Positions 1-10,778 of a DNA stretch of 64,000 nt are shown here, one piece after another. Each line of letters opens with the position of its first letter. The first letter of the stretch is position 1. A program made the translations under genes and the position numbers. The notes under the pieces were generated by a model. It ran no database searches and was not told the origin of the DNA. It worked only from the letters and a program-made list of their open reading frames with translations. Origin of the DNA: Nitrosopumilus sp. (GTDB taxonomy: Archaea > Thermoproteota > Nitrososphaeria > Nitrososphaerales > Nitrosopumilaceae); NCBI GenBank assembly GCA_965207075.1, contig CBDBLO010000002.1:1344001-1408000 (forward strand), read 5' to 3'.

Positions 1-1
1 G

Positions 2-721
2 TTCCTCCCCTCCTCGACCATACTTGACGACCTGATGTGGTACGACTACACGCTGCTGATGATAGCGATGATAATGGGGGCGCTCCCGTTTACGTTCCAC
101 TACAGCTTTGTAAGCAAGAGGTTCCGCGTCCGAAAGCTGGGCCGCGAGGTGGTGACGTATTTTGTGATACTGGGCGCCGGCGTCGCCATATTCATCGCGA
201 TAAGCGGCACGGACTTCCTGCTTGCGGCGTTCTACGCGGTCTCGGCCAGTACCACTGCGGGGCTGCAGCACGAGAGCATATCGGGTCTCAACGGGGCCGC
301 GTACGGGATACTGGTGGTGCTGATGTTCGCCGGCGGCTGCGGGTTCTCCACTGCGGGCGGCATGAAGATATTCCGACTCATGGCCCTTCGCAACCTTGTG
401 AGATTTCTGCGCTCCTCGGCCCGCAAGGCCATGGCGCCTGATGTCAAAAAGGAGGTTATGAGCACGCTGATTATAGTCGCGCTGTTCCCGATAATCGCGG
501 CGGCGGCCGGCGCCCACCTCGCGTCGGTTACGGGGGCCCCGTACACGGAGTCCTTCTTTGAGGCCAGCGGGGTGATTACCACGGGCGGGCTCTCGGCCGG
601 AGTGATAGACTTTGAGACGGATCCGGCCACCAAGATGATGCTCGGCTTTCTCATGATATTTGGGCGCCTTGAGATAATTGCCATAATCTACATATTTCTG
701 CCGAGGCTGGGGCCGTCGTAG
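2..721 (+). CDS. trkH: TrkH-family potassium uptake protein, C-terminal part (5' end outside the window)
   Basis: Hydrophobic helices with pore-loop motifs SASTTAG, GGCGFSTAGGMK, TTGGLS and MIFGRLEI; the frame is open from base 2. Confidence 0.9.
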   Translation, partial: FLPSSTILDDLMWYDYTLLMIAMIMGALPFTFHYSFVSKRFRVRKLGREVVTYFVILGAGVAIFIAISGTDFLLAAFYAVSASTTAGLQHESISGLNGAAYGILVVLMFAGGCGFSTAGGMKIFRLMALRNLVRFLRSSARKAMAPDVKKEVMSTLIIVALFPIIAAAAGAHLASVTGAPYTESFFEASGVITTGGLSAGVIDFETDPATKMMLGFLMIFGRLEIIAIIYIFLPRLGPS

Positions 722-885
722 CCAGCATCTCCCACTCACCCCCTCCCCCCCCCACCACTCCACGTACACCACTTCCCTCCCACACCCACCCATTCCTCTT
801 GCGTGCTGGCCGCCACCCACAGGCCGCCGTCTGTGCCGGGGCTGCAAATCGCATGGAATTTAATCGAGATGCGCCCCTTTTGCAC

Positions 886-1758
886 ATGGAAGAGACAGAG
901 GGCGTGCGCATGGGAGGCGGCGGCCGCCGCCGCCGCGCGGCCGGCGGAACGCGCCTGGTCGCGGCCGGCTTTGTGGCGGTGGCCGCCCTGTTTCTCATAT
1001 ACGGCCGGTACCAGGATCCTGCCAGCCTTACGCCTGATGCAATACACGTGGTGCAGAGGCTTGCGTATGGGTTCTACGTTGCCCTGCTGGCCTCGCTGGG
1101 TGCAGTCGCGTACGGGATGTACCGTTACCACTCGTCCAAGGTGGAGGAGTGGCGCGCAGGGGTGCGTGATCTGGGCTCCGTCATTGCAATGCACACGTGG
1201 AACAGAAGGTCCCGGAGGATATTTGCAGCAGTCTTTGTCGGATACGGGCTGTTCTTCTCCCTAGCGTCCGGCACCCTGGTGTACCAGCCGGGCATCAACT
1301 TTGCCACGCATTATGGCGCCGAGATACCGTCCGGATTCGTCTCGCCGTGCTGCGACGCGCCGGGCTACATGCCAAAGATAATCGTATACGTGACTGAGAC
1401 CGTGGGACTGCAGGTGGTGCCCGTCAACATTGTGCTGCAGGTAGTGGTGTCATATTTGGTGGGGCTTAACGCGTCGGTTGCGGTGGGGGCGTACTCCGTA
1501 TCAAAGAAGCGCCGCGGGCTTGGGACCGTCGGGGCCGCCACCGGGCTGTTCGTCGCGTGCCCGACGTGCGCGGGCACGTTTCTGTCCCTGTTCGTGGGCA
1601 CGGCAGGCGGCATCGCGGCGTCCGCGGCGCTTGTGCAGGTGCAGACCCTCCTGATAGCCGTGTGCATACCCGTACTGTTGGCCACGCCATACCTGATGGC
1701 AAGGCGCCTGAGGGACGAGGCCGACGGGGGCCAGTGCAGGATCGACTGTGCGGACTGA
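886..1758 (+). CDS. Hypothetical multi-pass membrane protein with PCC and CPTC motifs
   Basis: About 6 TM segments, SPCCD and ACPTCAG motifs; TATA-like TTTAAT about 25 nt before ATG 886. Confidence 0.75.
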   Translation: MEETEGVRMGGGGRRRRAAGGTRLVAAGFVAVAALFLIYGRYQDPASLTPDAIHVVQRLAYGFYVALLASLGAVAYGMYRYHSSKVEEWRAGVRDLGSVIAMHTWNRRSRRIFAAVFVGYGLFFSLASGTLVYQPGINFATHYGAEIPSGFVSPCCDAPGYMPKIIVYVTETVGLQVVPVNIVLQVVVSYLVGLNASVAVGAYSVSKKRRGLGTVGAATGLFVACPTCAGTFLSLFVGTAGGIAASAALVQVQTLLIAVCIPVLLATPYLMARRLRDEADGGQCRIDCAD

Positions 1759-1970
1759 CCGCGCGGCGCGCCCACTTCCGTACGTCTGCGGCCTGGCCCG
1801 CCTGCGTCTGCATTGCGGGGATCCCCGTGCACGGGGCCGGCGTCGCGGCGCGCGCCGTGACTGTATGTCGGCCCGCCGGCTTCCCCGTCCCTTCCCGCCC
1901 CGCCCACGCGGATCTCCCGGATCTGCCCCGATCATACAGGCTTTAAAGCGCCGACAACGGACGCCTTGCA

Positions 1971-2840
1971 ATGAGAATCGCGTCGATGCCCGAGTCTGAG
2001 CTTGCGCGCGCGCTCCTGCCCGTCGACGCCCGGATAAGGGAAGCGTACCTGAAGCAGATGACCGCACTGGTGGCCGAGACACCGACCAAGGTGATGCTGG
2101 GCGACACCACTGTCACCGACCAGACCACGTTTGACGCGGGCGGCGTCAAAGCGTACATGCAGGAGATAACTGCGCGCCTGGGCCCGTCCTGGCACGCGCG
2201 CGAGGTGACCGAGACGCGCGACGACGACGTCCGCCGCATATTTACCAAGCTTGAATCCGTGGCGTCCGGATACGCGCTGTCCGTGCACCTGTCGGTCCAG
2301 TACAAGGCTCTGCTCTACTACAAGCCGGACGCCAGGGTCGAGCAGATCCAGAGGGAGCTTGGGAGGATCGACGAGTCTGCCAGGAGCGACAGGGAGTCGA
2401 TCGCGGACGCGGGCGACCGGATAGCCGCGGAGCGGCTAAAGGCCGCGGGGTGCGCGGAGTCCGACCCTGCGGAGCTCTTCGAGACCCTGTACCGCGACGA
2501 GTCGCTTGCCGGAAGCATCGAGGCCGAGATAAAGAAAACAGTCGACGACGCGGGGCTTGCAGTGCATGCCGACAGGCGCGACTCGCTGTTTGCGGAGCTC
2601 GACTCGCTCCTGACCGAGGTGTACAGCACCACTGCCCTGATGATAGACGACGCGCGGCTGGTTACTGGGGAGGACGGCTTTCTCTATACCGCCGACATCG
2701 AGAAGATCGCGGAAACGGCAGCAGGTCCCGCCGCTAGGGCTCCGAGGGACGGCCGCTTTGACCCCGATGCCGTCCCAAAGGACGCGCGGGAGGCGCTCGC
2801 GTCCCTACTCGGGGAGCTGGCGGGCGCCATAGACGGGTAG
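1971..2840 (+). CDS. Hypothetical protein, partly coiled-coil
   Basis: 289-aa ORF with genome-typical codon usage; TTTAAA box at about 1942; alternative start 1986. Confidence 0.75.
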   Translation: MRIASMPESELARALLPVDARIREAYLKQMTALVAETPTKVMLGDTTVTDQTTFDAGGVKAYMQEITARLGPSWHAREVTETRDDDVRRIFTKLESVASGYALSVHLSVQYKALLYYKPDARVEQIQRELGRIDESARSDRESIADAGDRIAAERLKAAGCAESDPAELFETLYRDESLAGSIEAEIKKTVDDAGLAVHADRRDSLFAELDSLLTEVYSTTALMIDDARLVTGEDGFLYTADIEKIAETAAGPAARAPRDGRFDPDAVPKDAREALASLLGELAGAIDG

Positions 2841-3244
2841 AACTGTCTTGCAGGTTGTATTAATCAAGGAACCGGAGTAGAGATGTCTCTCTCATGGGGG
2901 AGCTCCGATCCCCCGATATGCTTTTTGCGATCTAACTAGAGTATTTAATCATTTTGATCGCATGGAAACGGCCCGTTTTTGAGCCCTGCGCTCTCCATTA
3001 TGTACAGTTAAGCGGGTTTTTGGCGAGCCTGGTGTCCCCTCCTTCCACCCCCCCCCCACAGCCGCAACTGCGGCGCGCCGGGCGGCAGATCTCCGGTCTT
3101 TGGCACGCGGTGGTTCCGCCCGCGGCAGGCCCGTCCGTGGAGCTTTGAAGGGCTGCGCCAGGCGTCTCCCGGATGGAGCGGCCCCGTCCGCGCCCTGCTG
3201 CGATAACAACCCAAATAGGTAGGGGCGTCGGGGGACTGTCTGTG

Positions 3245-4459
3245 ATGATCATACCTACGTACGCGGACGTGAAGAGGGCCGACTCGATGAGGGGCTCGCA
3301 GATCAAAAGGACCCCGCTGGTGCGCTCGCCGTCGCTTTCCGACATGTGCGGCTCTGACGTCTACCTCAAGGCGGAGTTCCGGCAGAAGACCGGCTCGTTT
3401 AAGATCCGCGGGGCGTACCACAAGATGAGGTCCCTCTCCCCCGGTGAAAAGGCAAGGGGCGTGGTGGCCGCCTCCGCGGGGAACCATGCCCAGGGGGTCG
3501 CGCTGGCCTCGTCGCTTGAGGGCGTCAAGTGCACCATCGTGATGCCAAAGAACGCATCGCCGGCAAAGATTGCGGCAACCCGCGGATACGGGGCGGAGGT
3601 GGTGCTGGAGGGCTCAAACTACGACGAGTCGTTTGAGAGGGCCACGCGCATTGCGGAGGAGACAGGGGCCACAATGATACACGCCTTTGATGATCCGGAC
3701 GTGATAGCGGCCCAGGGCGTGATAGGGCTCGAGATCCTCGACGAGCTGCCGGATGTCGAGGAGGTGTACGTCCCCGTGGGAGGGGGCGGCCTCGCCGCCG
3801 GCATGCTGATTGCCATAAAGGAGACCCACCCCCACGTGCGGGTGGTGGGCGTGCAGTCCGACTCGTTCCCCTCCATGCACCTCTCCGTGCGCAACTCGGC
3901 CAGGACGCCTGTTGCAGACGGGCCACGGACCATATCTGACGGCATCTCGGTCCGGATGCCCGGGGAGATCACGTTTGACGTGGTCAGGCGCCTGATAGAC
4001 GACGTGGTGCTGGTGGACGACACCGCGATCACAAAGACCATGTTCCTGCTGATGGAGCGCATGAAGTTCGTGGTGGAGCCCGCGGGGGCCGCAAGCCTGG
4101 CGTACGTGCTTGAGAACAAGCCCGCCCCCGGAAAGAAGATTGCCGTGGTACTGGCCGGGGGCAACGTGGACATGTACCTGCTGGGGCAGATTGTAGACAA
4201 GGGGCTCGCCGCCATGGGGAGGCTGCTGAAGATATCCGTGCTGCTTCCCGACAGGCCTGGCGCGTTCAAGGGGATCGTAGACGAGATTACCGCCGCAAAC
4301 GCAAACATTGTAGAGGTGGTGCACGACAGGCTGAGCTCGGACATCAGCGCGGGCTCGGCCGGCGTCACGATGAGCCTGGAGACGGAGGGCACGGAGCAGG
4401 CCAACAGGCTGATCGAGAGCCTCAGGGCAAAGCACGTCCAGTTCCGGCTGCTGACCTGA
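3245..4459 (+). CDS. ilvA: Threonine dehydratase with C-terminal ACT domain
   Basis: KTGSFKIRGA PLP-lysine motif, ASAGNHAQG, PVGGGGL, GGNVD; ACT motif LPDRPG. Confidence 0.95.
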   Translation: MIIPTYADVKRADSMRGSQIKRTPLVRSPSLSDMCGSDVYLKAEFRQKTGSFKIRGAYHKMRSLSPGEKARGVVAASAGNHAQGVALASSLEGVKCTIVMPKNASPAKIAATRGYGAEVVLEGSNYDESFERATRIAEETGATMIHAFDDPDVIAAQGVIGLEILDELPDVEEVYVPVGGGGLAAGMLIAIKETHPHVRVVGVQSDSFPSMHLSVRNSARTPVADGPRTISDGISVRMPGEITFDVVRRLIDDVVLVDDTAITKTMFLLMERMKFVVEPAGAASLAYVLENKPAPGKKIAVVLAGGNVDMYLLGQIVDKGLAAMGRLLKISVLLPDRPGAFKGIVDEITAANANIVEVVHDRLSSDISAGSAGVTMSLETEGTEQANRLIESLRAKHVQFRLLT

Positions 4460-4484
4460 CGCCGTCAGGACGCGTTGGCGGGGC

Positions 4485-5027
4485 CTAGAGCCCCCTTGAC
4501 TGCAGCTCCTCGGACTCTTTGAGGACGGCGTCGTGCTGCGACCGCTTCATGTCTGCAAGGGCCCCGCGTACCGAGTCGTCTGTTATCGCAAGAATCATTG
4601 CGGCGTACATGCCCGCATTCTTTGCCTTGTTGACGCCCACTGACACCACGGGCGCCCCCGCGGGCATCTCGGTTATGGAGAGCAGGGAGTCGAGGCCGCC
4701 GAATGCTGAGAGGCGGGGCGTCTCGGCCCCCGTCTGGTTCTTGTTGTTGTATGCCATTATGGGCACCCCTATTACCGGTATCACGGTGTGGGACGCGATC
4801 ATGCCCGGCAGGTGGGCGGCCCCGCCGGCTCCGGCTATGATTGCCGCAAAGTTCGACGACTCGGCGTGCCTGGCGTACGTGGCAAGCCTGTCTGGTGTGC
4901 GGTGCGCCGAGACTATCTGATCCTCGTGCGGGATTCCAAGCGAGTCTAGCGTGCGGGCCGCGTCCGCCATTACGGCCGCGTCCGAGCTGGACCCCATTAT
5001 GATGCCTATACGCGCCGCGCCTGTCAT
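4485..5027 (-). CDS. purE: N5-carboxyaminoimidazole ribonucleotide mutase
   Basis: IIMGSSSD, SAHRTP, GAGGAAHLPGM, GLDSLLSITEMP motifs. Confidence 0.97.
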   Translation of the reverse strand: MTGAARIGIIMGSSSDAAVMADAARTLDSLGIPHEDQIVSAHRTPDRLATYARHAESSNFAAIIAGAGGAAHLPGMIASHTVIPVIGVPIMAYNNKNQTGAETPRLSAFGGLDSLLSITEMPAGAPVVSVGVNKAKNAGMYAAMILAITDDSVRGALADMKRSQHDAVLKESEELQSRGL

Positions 5028-5220
5028 GCAGTTGGTGCGCGGCGAGGGTAATTAACGATAGCGTTGCGCCGCGGCGGCGGCGGCGCCTCCGTGGGGGGGG
5101 GGGGTGGTGGTGGAGCGCCGCTGCCACCGCCTCTGCCGCTGCCGCCGCCGCGCGGCCGTGCGCAGGGGCGCTTTGCCGGCATTAGATTGGTTTTTTTATT
5201 TGGAGTGCGGCGTGCCTGCA

Positions 5221-6381
5221 ATGGCGCAGGTGCTGGGAATAATCGGCGGCGGGCAGCTTGGCATGATGCTGACAGAGGCCGCCTCGGCAATGCCCGACCG
5301 CATATCAAAGATCGTGGTGCTTGATCCCACCGAGGGGTGTCCCGCATCCCTGGCCGGGGCCGAGCAGATCGTGGCCGACTTCAAGGACAGGGACGCCATA
5401 GTGGAGCTGTCGGGGCGCGCCGACGTGATAACGTACGAGATAGAGTCCGGCGACAGCGACGTGCTGGAGTCCGTTGCCGACCGCGCCAGGATAGAACCCT
5501 CGCCTGCGACGCTCCGGATCATACAGGACAAGCACGCGCAAAAGTCGTTCCTCGCAGAGAACGGGATTCCGGTGCCGGACTTTGTGGCCATAGACGGGCT
5601 GGACGGCCTCCTGGGGGCGCTGGAGGAGTTTGGATATCCCGCGCTGCTAAAGGCGCGCAGGGACGCGTACGACGGCAGGGGGAACTGCAAGATAGACTCC
5701 CCCGGCGAGGTGCGCGGAGCATACGGGAGGTTCGAGGGCAGGCCCATGATGCTTGAGAGGTTTGTGCCGTTTGTCAAGGAGGTGTCCGTAATCGCCGCAA
5801 GGAGCACGCGCGGCGAGATCAGGACGTACCCGCTCGTGGAGAACGTGCACGAGGAGAGCATCCTGCGGACGACGATAGCCCCTGCAAGGGTGCCCGACGG
5901 CGTGGCGGCGCGCGCCAGGCGCATAGCGGAACAGACCATGGGGGTGCTGAAGGGCGCCGGCGTGTTTGGGATAGAGATGTTTGTCACCGGCGGCGGCGGC
6001 GTGATGATAAACGAGATTGCGCCGCGCGTCCACAACTCCGGACACCACTCGCTGCAGTCCAGCGAGACGTCGCAGTTTGAGCAGCACCTGCGCGCCATCC
6101 TAGGCATGAGTCTCGGCGGCACCGCGCTGAGGGTGAGCGCAGTCATGTACAACATACTGGGGATACATGGATACGAGGGGCCCTACCGCAGCCCCGAGGT
6201 GCCGCAGGCCGACGGGCACACGTTCCTGAAGATGTACGGCAAGAAGACCTCCAAGCCCCTCCGCAAGCTGGGACACCTGAACCTGACAGGCAGGGAGGGG
6301 CAGGGGGCAGAGCACGTGCTTGATAGGCTTGAATCGATAAGGGCAAGGGCCGTGGCGCTGCCCGCACGCGATCCGCAGTAG
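5221..6381 (+). CDS. purK: N5-carboxyaminoimidazole ribonucleotide synthase (ATP-grasp)
   Basis: GIIGGGQLGMM, YDGRGN, NEIAPRVHNSGH, SQFEQHLRA, RKLGH; divergent from purE. Confidence 0.97.
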   Translation: MAQVLGIIGGGQLGMMLTEAASAMPDRISKIVVLDPTEGCPASLAGAEQIVADFKDRDAIVELSGRADVITYEIESGDSDVLESVADRARIEPSPATLRIIQDKHAQKSFLAENGIPVPDFVAIDGLDGLLGALEEFGYPALLKARRDAYDGRGNCKIDSPGEVRGAYGRFEGRPMMLERFVPFVKEVSVIAARSTRGEIRTYPLVENVHEESILRTTIAPARVPDGVAARARRIAEQTMGVLKGAGVFGIEMFVTGGGGVMINEIAPRVHNSGHHSLQSSETSQFEQHLRAILGMSLGGTALRVSAVMYNILGIHGYEGPYRSPEVPQADGHTFLKMYGKKTSKPLRKLGHLNLTGREGQGAEHVLDRLESIRARAVALPARDPQ

Positions 6382-6499
6382 ATCGCCAAACACCCCGTCG
6401 GCCGCGGCGGTTGCCTGCCCGATACGCCTGCCGTCGGGGCCCGGAACCCACCGCACGGCGTCGGCAACGGTTTATTAGAAGTTCCTTCGAAACTGGTTC

Positions 6500-6907
6500 A
6501 TGCTGACCGGAATAGCAATCGGCATCACGGGAATATCGATTGCACTGCTTGTGGTATACGGGGCCGACGTGGCAGCAATCCAGGCATCTGGCGACGCGGA
6601 ACAGGGTTTCCTGCCGTTTGATGCAAAGGTGCGCGGAATGGCTCTGGGCGCCCCCGCGCTAGTGCTCCCGTTTATCGCATTTGGAATGACCTGGAGGAGC
6701 CCCTCCGGCGTCCTGGGGGCCATGATAGTCGTAACCGGCATACTGATAATGGCCGGAGGCGGGTTCGTCCTTGCCAACGCGGACATGGCCGAGGCAGAGG
6801 AGACCGGCAGGCCGGTGGTCATGGAGAGCGCGATGCTGCTTGGGGCAGGCGCCATCCACATCGCAATGGGCGTCTTTGGCGCGTACCGCTCGCGCAGACG
6901 GCAGTGA
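6500..6907 (+). CDS. Hypothetical 4-TM membrane protein
   Basis: 135-aa hydrophobic ORF; TTTATTA box about 25 nt upstream. Confidence 0.7.
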   Translation: MLTGIAIGITGISIALLVVYGADVAAIQASGDAEQGFLPFDAKVRGMALGAPALVLPFIAFGMTWRSPSGVLGAMIVVTGILIMAGGGFVLANADMAEAEETGRPVVMESAMLLGAGAIHIAMGVFGAYRSRRRQ

Positions 6908-6916
6908 TGATGGCAG

Positions 6917-7105
6917 TTGGATGCCCCGCTTCCAGCCGTATGCGCAAAGTGCCACAACGGCGCAAAAAAGACGTACAACTGCGACCATACGGACTATGCC
7001 GAGTACTGCACGGAGTGCTATACGGAGCTGCACTACTATCTTACCGAACCCGGGCAGGGACAAGATGCGCAGGGGGCGAGCGGCGACAGTGACGACGTGC
7101 CCTGA
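6917..7105 (+). CDS. Small Cys/His-rich putative zinc-binding protein
   Basis: CAKC...CDH...CTEC...H pattern in 62 aa; TTG start just after the upstream stop. Confidence 0.65.
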   Translation: MDAPLPAVCAKCHNGAKKTYNCDHTDYAEYCTECYTELHYYLTEPGQGQDAQGASGDSDDVP

Positions 7106-7202
7106 TGCTGGCGGCAGCAGCAGGGACGGATCCAGTACGCCTGCAGGCCCGCATCCTGCCGCTGCCCTAAATTTACATTATACATGGTACAGCCTCAAGT
7201 AG

Positions 7203-7964
7203 TTGAAGGCTGTCATACTGGCGGGGGGAAGGGGCAAGAGGATGAGGCCTGTTACGGACTATGTGCCAAAGCCGCTTGTGCCGGTCTGCAACGTGCCCAT
7301 ACTGGAATGGCAGATAAGACACCTCCTGAAGTTCGGCATACGGGACGTTATAGTCTGCACCGGATACAAGACCGGCATGATACGCGACATGATAAGCGCA
7401 AAATCCTACGGCGCCAGGGTGGAGATATCTGAAGAGGAGACCCCCCTTGGGACCGGGGGCGCCATAAGGCGCGCCGCGGACTACATAGGGCGCGACGACT
7501 CGTTTGTGGTGATGAACGGGGACGTCATAACGGACATCGACATCGGGTCCCTCATAGAAGTCAGAAATTCGGTCGCCGCCATACCGCTGCGCACGAACTA
7601 CGGTGTGATGCTACTAAATGACGGCGGCGGCGGCGCCAGCAAGGGCGGCACGGGAGCAGGCCATGATCCTCGCACGATTGCCAAGTTTGATGAGAAGCGC
7701 GACGTGCCCGGCCTGTGGATGAACGCCGGACTGTACCACCTGGGCCGCGAGGTGCTTGCCGATCTTCCGGAGGTGGGCGACATTGAGAAGACGCTGTTTC
7801 CAAGATATGCCGAGTCTGGCAGGCTGAGGACCGTCACGTTCGGGGGGCCCGCAGCAGGGGGCAGTGCGCCGGCCATGTGGCAGTCGGTGGACTCGTTCAA
7901 GGATCTCGAGGCGTGCGAGTCCATGCTGCGAGAACGCGGCTCCGGTACTGGCAGGGTCGGATGA
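7203..7964 (+). CDS. Sugar-phosphate nucleotidyltransferase family protein
   Basis: KAVILAGGRGKRMRPVT...PKPL, PLGTGGAI, VMNGD; TTG start. Confidence 0.92.
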   Translation: MKAVILAGGRGKRMRPVTDYVPKPLVPVCNVPILEWQIRHLLKFGIRDVIVCTGYKTGMIRDMISAKSYGARVEISEEETPLGTGGAIRRAADYIGRDDSFVVMNGDVITDIDIGSLIEVRNSVAAIPLRTNYGVMLLNDGGGGASKGGTGAGHDPRTIAKFDEKRDVPGLWMNAGLYHLGREVLADLPEVGDIEKTLFPRYAESGRLRTVTFGGPAAGGSAPAMWQSVDSFKDLEACESMLRERGSGTGRVG

Positions 7965-8053
7965 CGGGCGCCGCGCCCCGGACCTACCCCCTGATCGGAC
8001 TGCATCTCGAGCGCACCGCCGCTTCCCTGCAGCTCTGGCGCGGCAGGGCCGGC

Positions 8054-8242
8054 TCAGTTGCCCGTCCTGTGCAGCGTGACCATCATATATGCCACCTCGT
8101 CGACGAAGGACTCGTCGTTGCTGGCCGCCGCATACCTTGTGGCGTCGTCCCAGAAACCGCCCCCCCTCTTGGGATCCTCCATGAGTTGACTGCTCATAGC
8201 GCGGACTGGCCGGGTGGATTGATAATGTGCCACCTCAACCAT
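8054..8242 (-). CDS. Small hypothetical protein
   Basis: 62-aa ORF (MVEVAHYQSTRP...) with protein-like composition and an AT-rich upstream segment. Confidence 0.4.
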   Translation of the reverse strand: MVEVAHYQSTRPVRAMSSQLMEDPKRGGGFWDDATRYAAASNDESFVDEVAYMMVTLHRTGN

Positions 8243-8418
8243 ATCAAACCTATTGCTCAAATTTTTGAACACTAAACTCCCCGGCATTCCGGCAGCTGCA
8301 TCGGGGGCGCATGCCGCGGCGCACGGGACGGCCGAGGCCCCCGCACGCGAAGGCGTCTGCCTGCAGCATGGCCGCCGCATCACATGCTAAATATTACAAG
8401 ATGGGGGGATGTCACGGC

Positions 8419-9465
8419 ATGAGACTGTCATGCAGCCTCGGCTCGCTGCTGTCCATAAACGAGATCCTGTCGTGCGCCAAGGCGCTGTCGAAAACCGACG
8501 TTGACGCAATCTGGGTGCCGGAGACGTGGGGCATGGAGTCCTTTGCGATGCTGGGCGCGGTGTCCGCCGCCGCGCCGTCGCCGCGCATAGGCTCGTCCAT
8601 TGTAAACGTGTATTCGCGCAGCCCCGCCGCTATCGCAATGGGGGCCGCCACCGTTGACACCCTCTCCGGCGGCAGGCTTCTGCTTGGAATCGGCGCAAGC
8701 AGCCCCGCCATCGTGGAGGGGCTGCACGGCGTGCGATACGAGAGCCCTCTCAAACGCGTGCGCGAGACTGTAGAGGTAGTGCGGCTGGCCACGTCCGGCA
8801 GGCGAGTCGACTACGAGGGCGAGCTGTTCTCGCTGAACGGGTTCAGGCTCCTCGTGAGGCCCGTGCAGGACCGCATTCCGATATACCTGGCCGCCGTCAA
8901 CAGGGGAATGGTCCGGCTTGCATGGGATGTGGGGGACGGCGTAATCTTCTACCTGAGGCCCCTCGACGAGATGAGGCGCACGATACGCGCAATGCACAAA
9001 GAGTCCGGCAGGCGCATCGACGTTGCGTGCCAGCTGATAGCCTGCGTATCGGACGACGACGGCGGGGAGGCCGCGGTGGAAAGGGCAAGGCGCACGATCG
9101 CGTTCTACGTGGCAGTCGGCGACGTTTACAGAAACTTTCTGTCTGCCAACGGGTTTGCAGACGAGGCCGCGTCGATATATGGCGAGTACCGCAGCAGCGG
9201 GCTTGCAGGCGTGCACCGGTACGTGTCCGACGGGATGCTTGACGCGCTTGCCGTGTGCGGCACTCCCAAGTCCTGCAAAAACCGACTTGGCGCGTTCCGG
9301 GACGCTGGATTGGACCTGCCCATACTGCAGTTTAACCCGGTCGGGGACGTGGCGGGATCGTTTGCCCTGTTTGCAGAGACGTTCTTTGGTTACGACGGCG
9401 CCGGCTCGACAAAGCATGATGGTGACGGCAGCCGCGGCGGCGGCGATGGCGGTGGGATGCCATGA
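8419..9465 (+). CDS. LLM-class (luciferase-like, probably F420-dependent) oxidoreductase
   Basis: IWVPETWG, RSPAAIAMGAATVDTLSGGRLLLGIG, IPIYLAA, DGVI motifs. Confidence 0.92.
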   Translation: MRLSCSLGSLLSINEILSCAKALSKTDVDAIWVPETWGMESFAMLGAVSAAAPSPRIGSSIVNVYSRSPAAIAMGAATVDTLSGGRLLLGIGASSPAIVEGLHGVRYESPLKRVRETVEVVRLATSGRRVDYEGELFSLNGFRLLVRPVQDRIPIYLAAVNRGMVRLAWDVGDGVIFYLRPLDEMRRTIRAMHKESGRRIDVACQLIACVSDDDGGEAAVERARRTIAFYVAVGDVYRNFLSANGFADEAASIYGEYRSSGLAGVHRYVSDGMLDALAVCGTPKSCKNRLGAFRDAGLDLPILQFNPVGDVAGSFALFAETFFGYDGAGSTKHDGDGSRGGGDGGGMP

Positions 9466-10778
9466 GGCGTGCATGCATAGTGGGCTGCGGCACGACAAGG
9501 TTCACAAGCGACACCTCCGAGGCCCTGGAGTCTGTGCTGCTGCGCTCCGTAAAAAATTTGTTCGACTCGACTCCCGAGTGCGACAGGCGCGACGTGGAGG
9601 CTGTAATCGTCTCAAACGCGTCGGGCGGACATACAGGAGCCGAATCAGCAGGCCATGGCAGTTATGGGGGTGACAATAGTGATGGTGATGGAGAGGGCAT
9701 AGATGGCGGTAGTGACAGCCGCCGCCGCGGCCGTCCTGCTAGCGCCGGAAGCCCGCCTGCCCTCGACCGCCATGCGCCCAGGATGGGATCCGGATACATG
9801 GCGCCCATACTTGCGGAACTGGCAGGTATGCGCCCCCGCGCGGCCCATACGGTGGAGAGCCTGTGTAGTTCGGGGACGAACGCCATCGTGTCCGGATACG
9901 CGCACGTCGCGTCCGGGCTTGCCGACGTGGTGCTGGTAAGCGGGGCCGAGATACGCGACACGCCGGGGCGTATACTGTGGTGGGACGACTCGAGGGGTCA
10001 GTTCAAGCACCCCGTATACTGGGCGTCCCTGCTCACGAGCGGCTACAAGAGGGCGTTTGGAGTCTCCGATGACGATCTGGCCGTAGTGCCGGCGCGCGCA
10101 TACGCGAATGCGAGTTCAAACCCTGACGCGCTACGGCCGGAAGCAACTCCGACGGTAAAGGACGTGACAGGCTCAAGGCGCCTGACCGGGGACCTCAGGC
10201 TGCTTGACTGCTCCCGGCCCTGCACGGGAGGGGCGTCGATACTGATTGCATCCGAAGACGCCGCCGGCAGATACACGGACGACCCCGTGTTGATAGCGGG
10301 CGTAGGACAGAGCGTCACGTCGGCCGGGTTTGCCAAGCACTCTGAGCTTTCGCGCATCGAGTCTGCCAGGATGGCGTGCCGCGACGCCCTGCGGATGGCC
10401 GGAAGCAGGAACGGTGGCGCGGCGCGCGGGGGCGGCGCGACCCTGTCGATATCTGATGTGGACGTTGCGGAGATACACGATGCGTTCTCGGTGTGCGAGC
10501 CGATGATACTCGAGGCGCTCGGCATGGCGGAGCCGGGCAGGGGCGCCGCGGCCAGCCGGGAGCTGTACGAGACTGCAAGCCGCCGGGTAAACCCTCGCGG
10601 GGGGCTGATCGGCTCGGGGCATCCGCTGGGGGCGACGGGGCTTGCGCAGGCCGCCGAGGTCGCACGGCAGCTGTGGCGCCAGGCTCGCGGCAGGCAGGCG
10701 GACAGCCCCGAGGTCGGACTGGTCCACAACATGGCGGCCGCCGGTACCTCGTCTACTGCACTGGTGATGGTACGATGA
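9462..10778 (+). CDS. Archaeal thiolase-family protein (acetyl-CoA C-acyltransferase)
   Basis: ESLCSSG catalytic Cys, AEIHDAF, NPRGGLIGSGHPLGATG; ATGA overlap with the upstream gene. Confidence 0.93.
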   Translation: MRRACIVGCGTTRFTSDTSEALESVLLRSVKNLFDSTPECDRRDVEAVIVSNASGGHTGAESAGHGSYGGDNSDGDGEGIDGGSDSRRRGRPASAGSPPALDRHAPRMGSGYMAPILAELAGMRPRAAHTVESLCSSGTNAIVSGYAHVASGLADVVLVSGAEIRDTPGRILWWDDSRGQFKHPVYWASLLTSGYKRAFGVSDDDLAVVPARAYANASSNPDALRPEATPTVKDVTGSRRLTGDLRLLDCSRPCTGGASILIASEDAAGRYTDDPVLIAGVGQSVTSAGFAKHSELSRIESARMACRDALRMAGSRNGGAARGGGATLSISDVDVAEIHDAFSVCEPMILEALGMAEPGRGAAASRELYETASRRVNPRGGLIGSGHPLGATGLAQAAEVARQLWRQARGRQADSPEVGLVHNMAAAGTSSTALVMVR

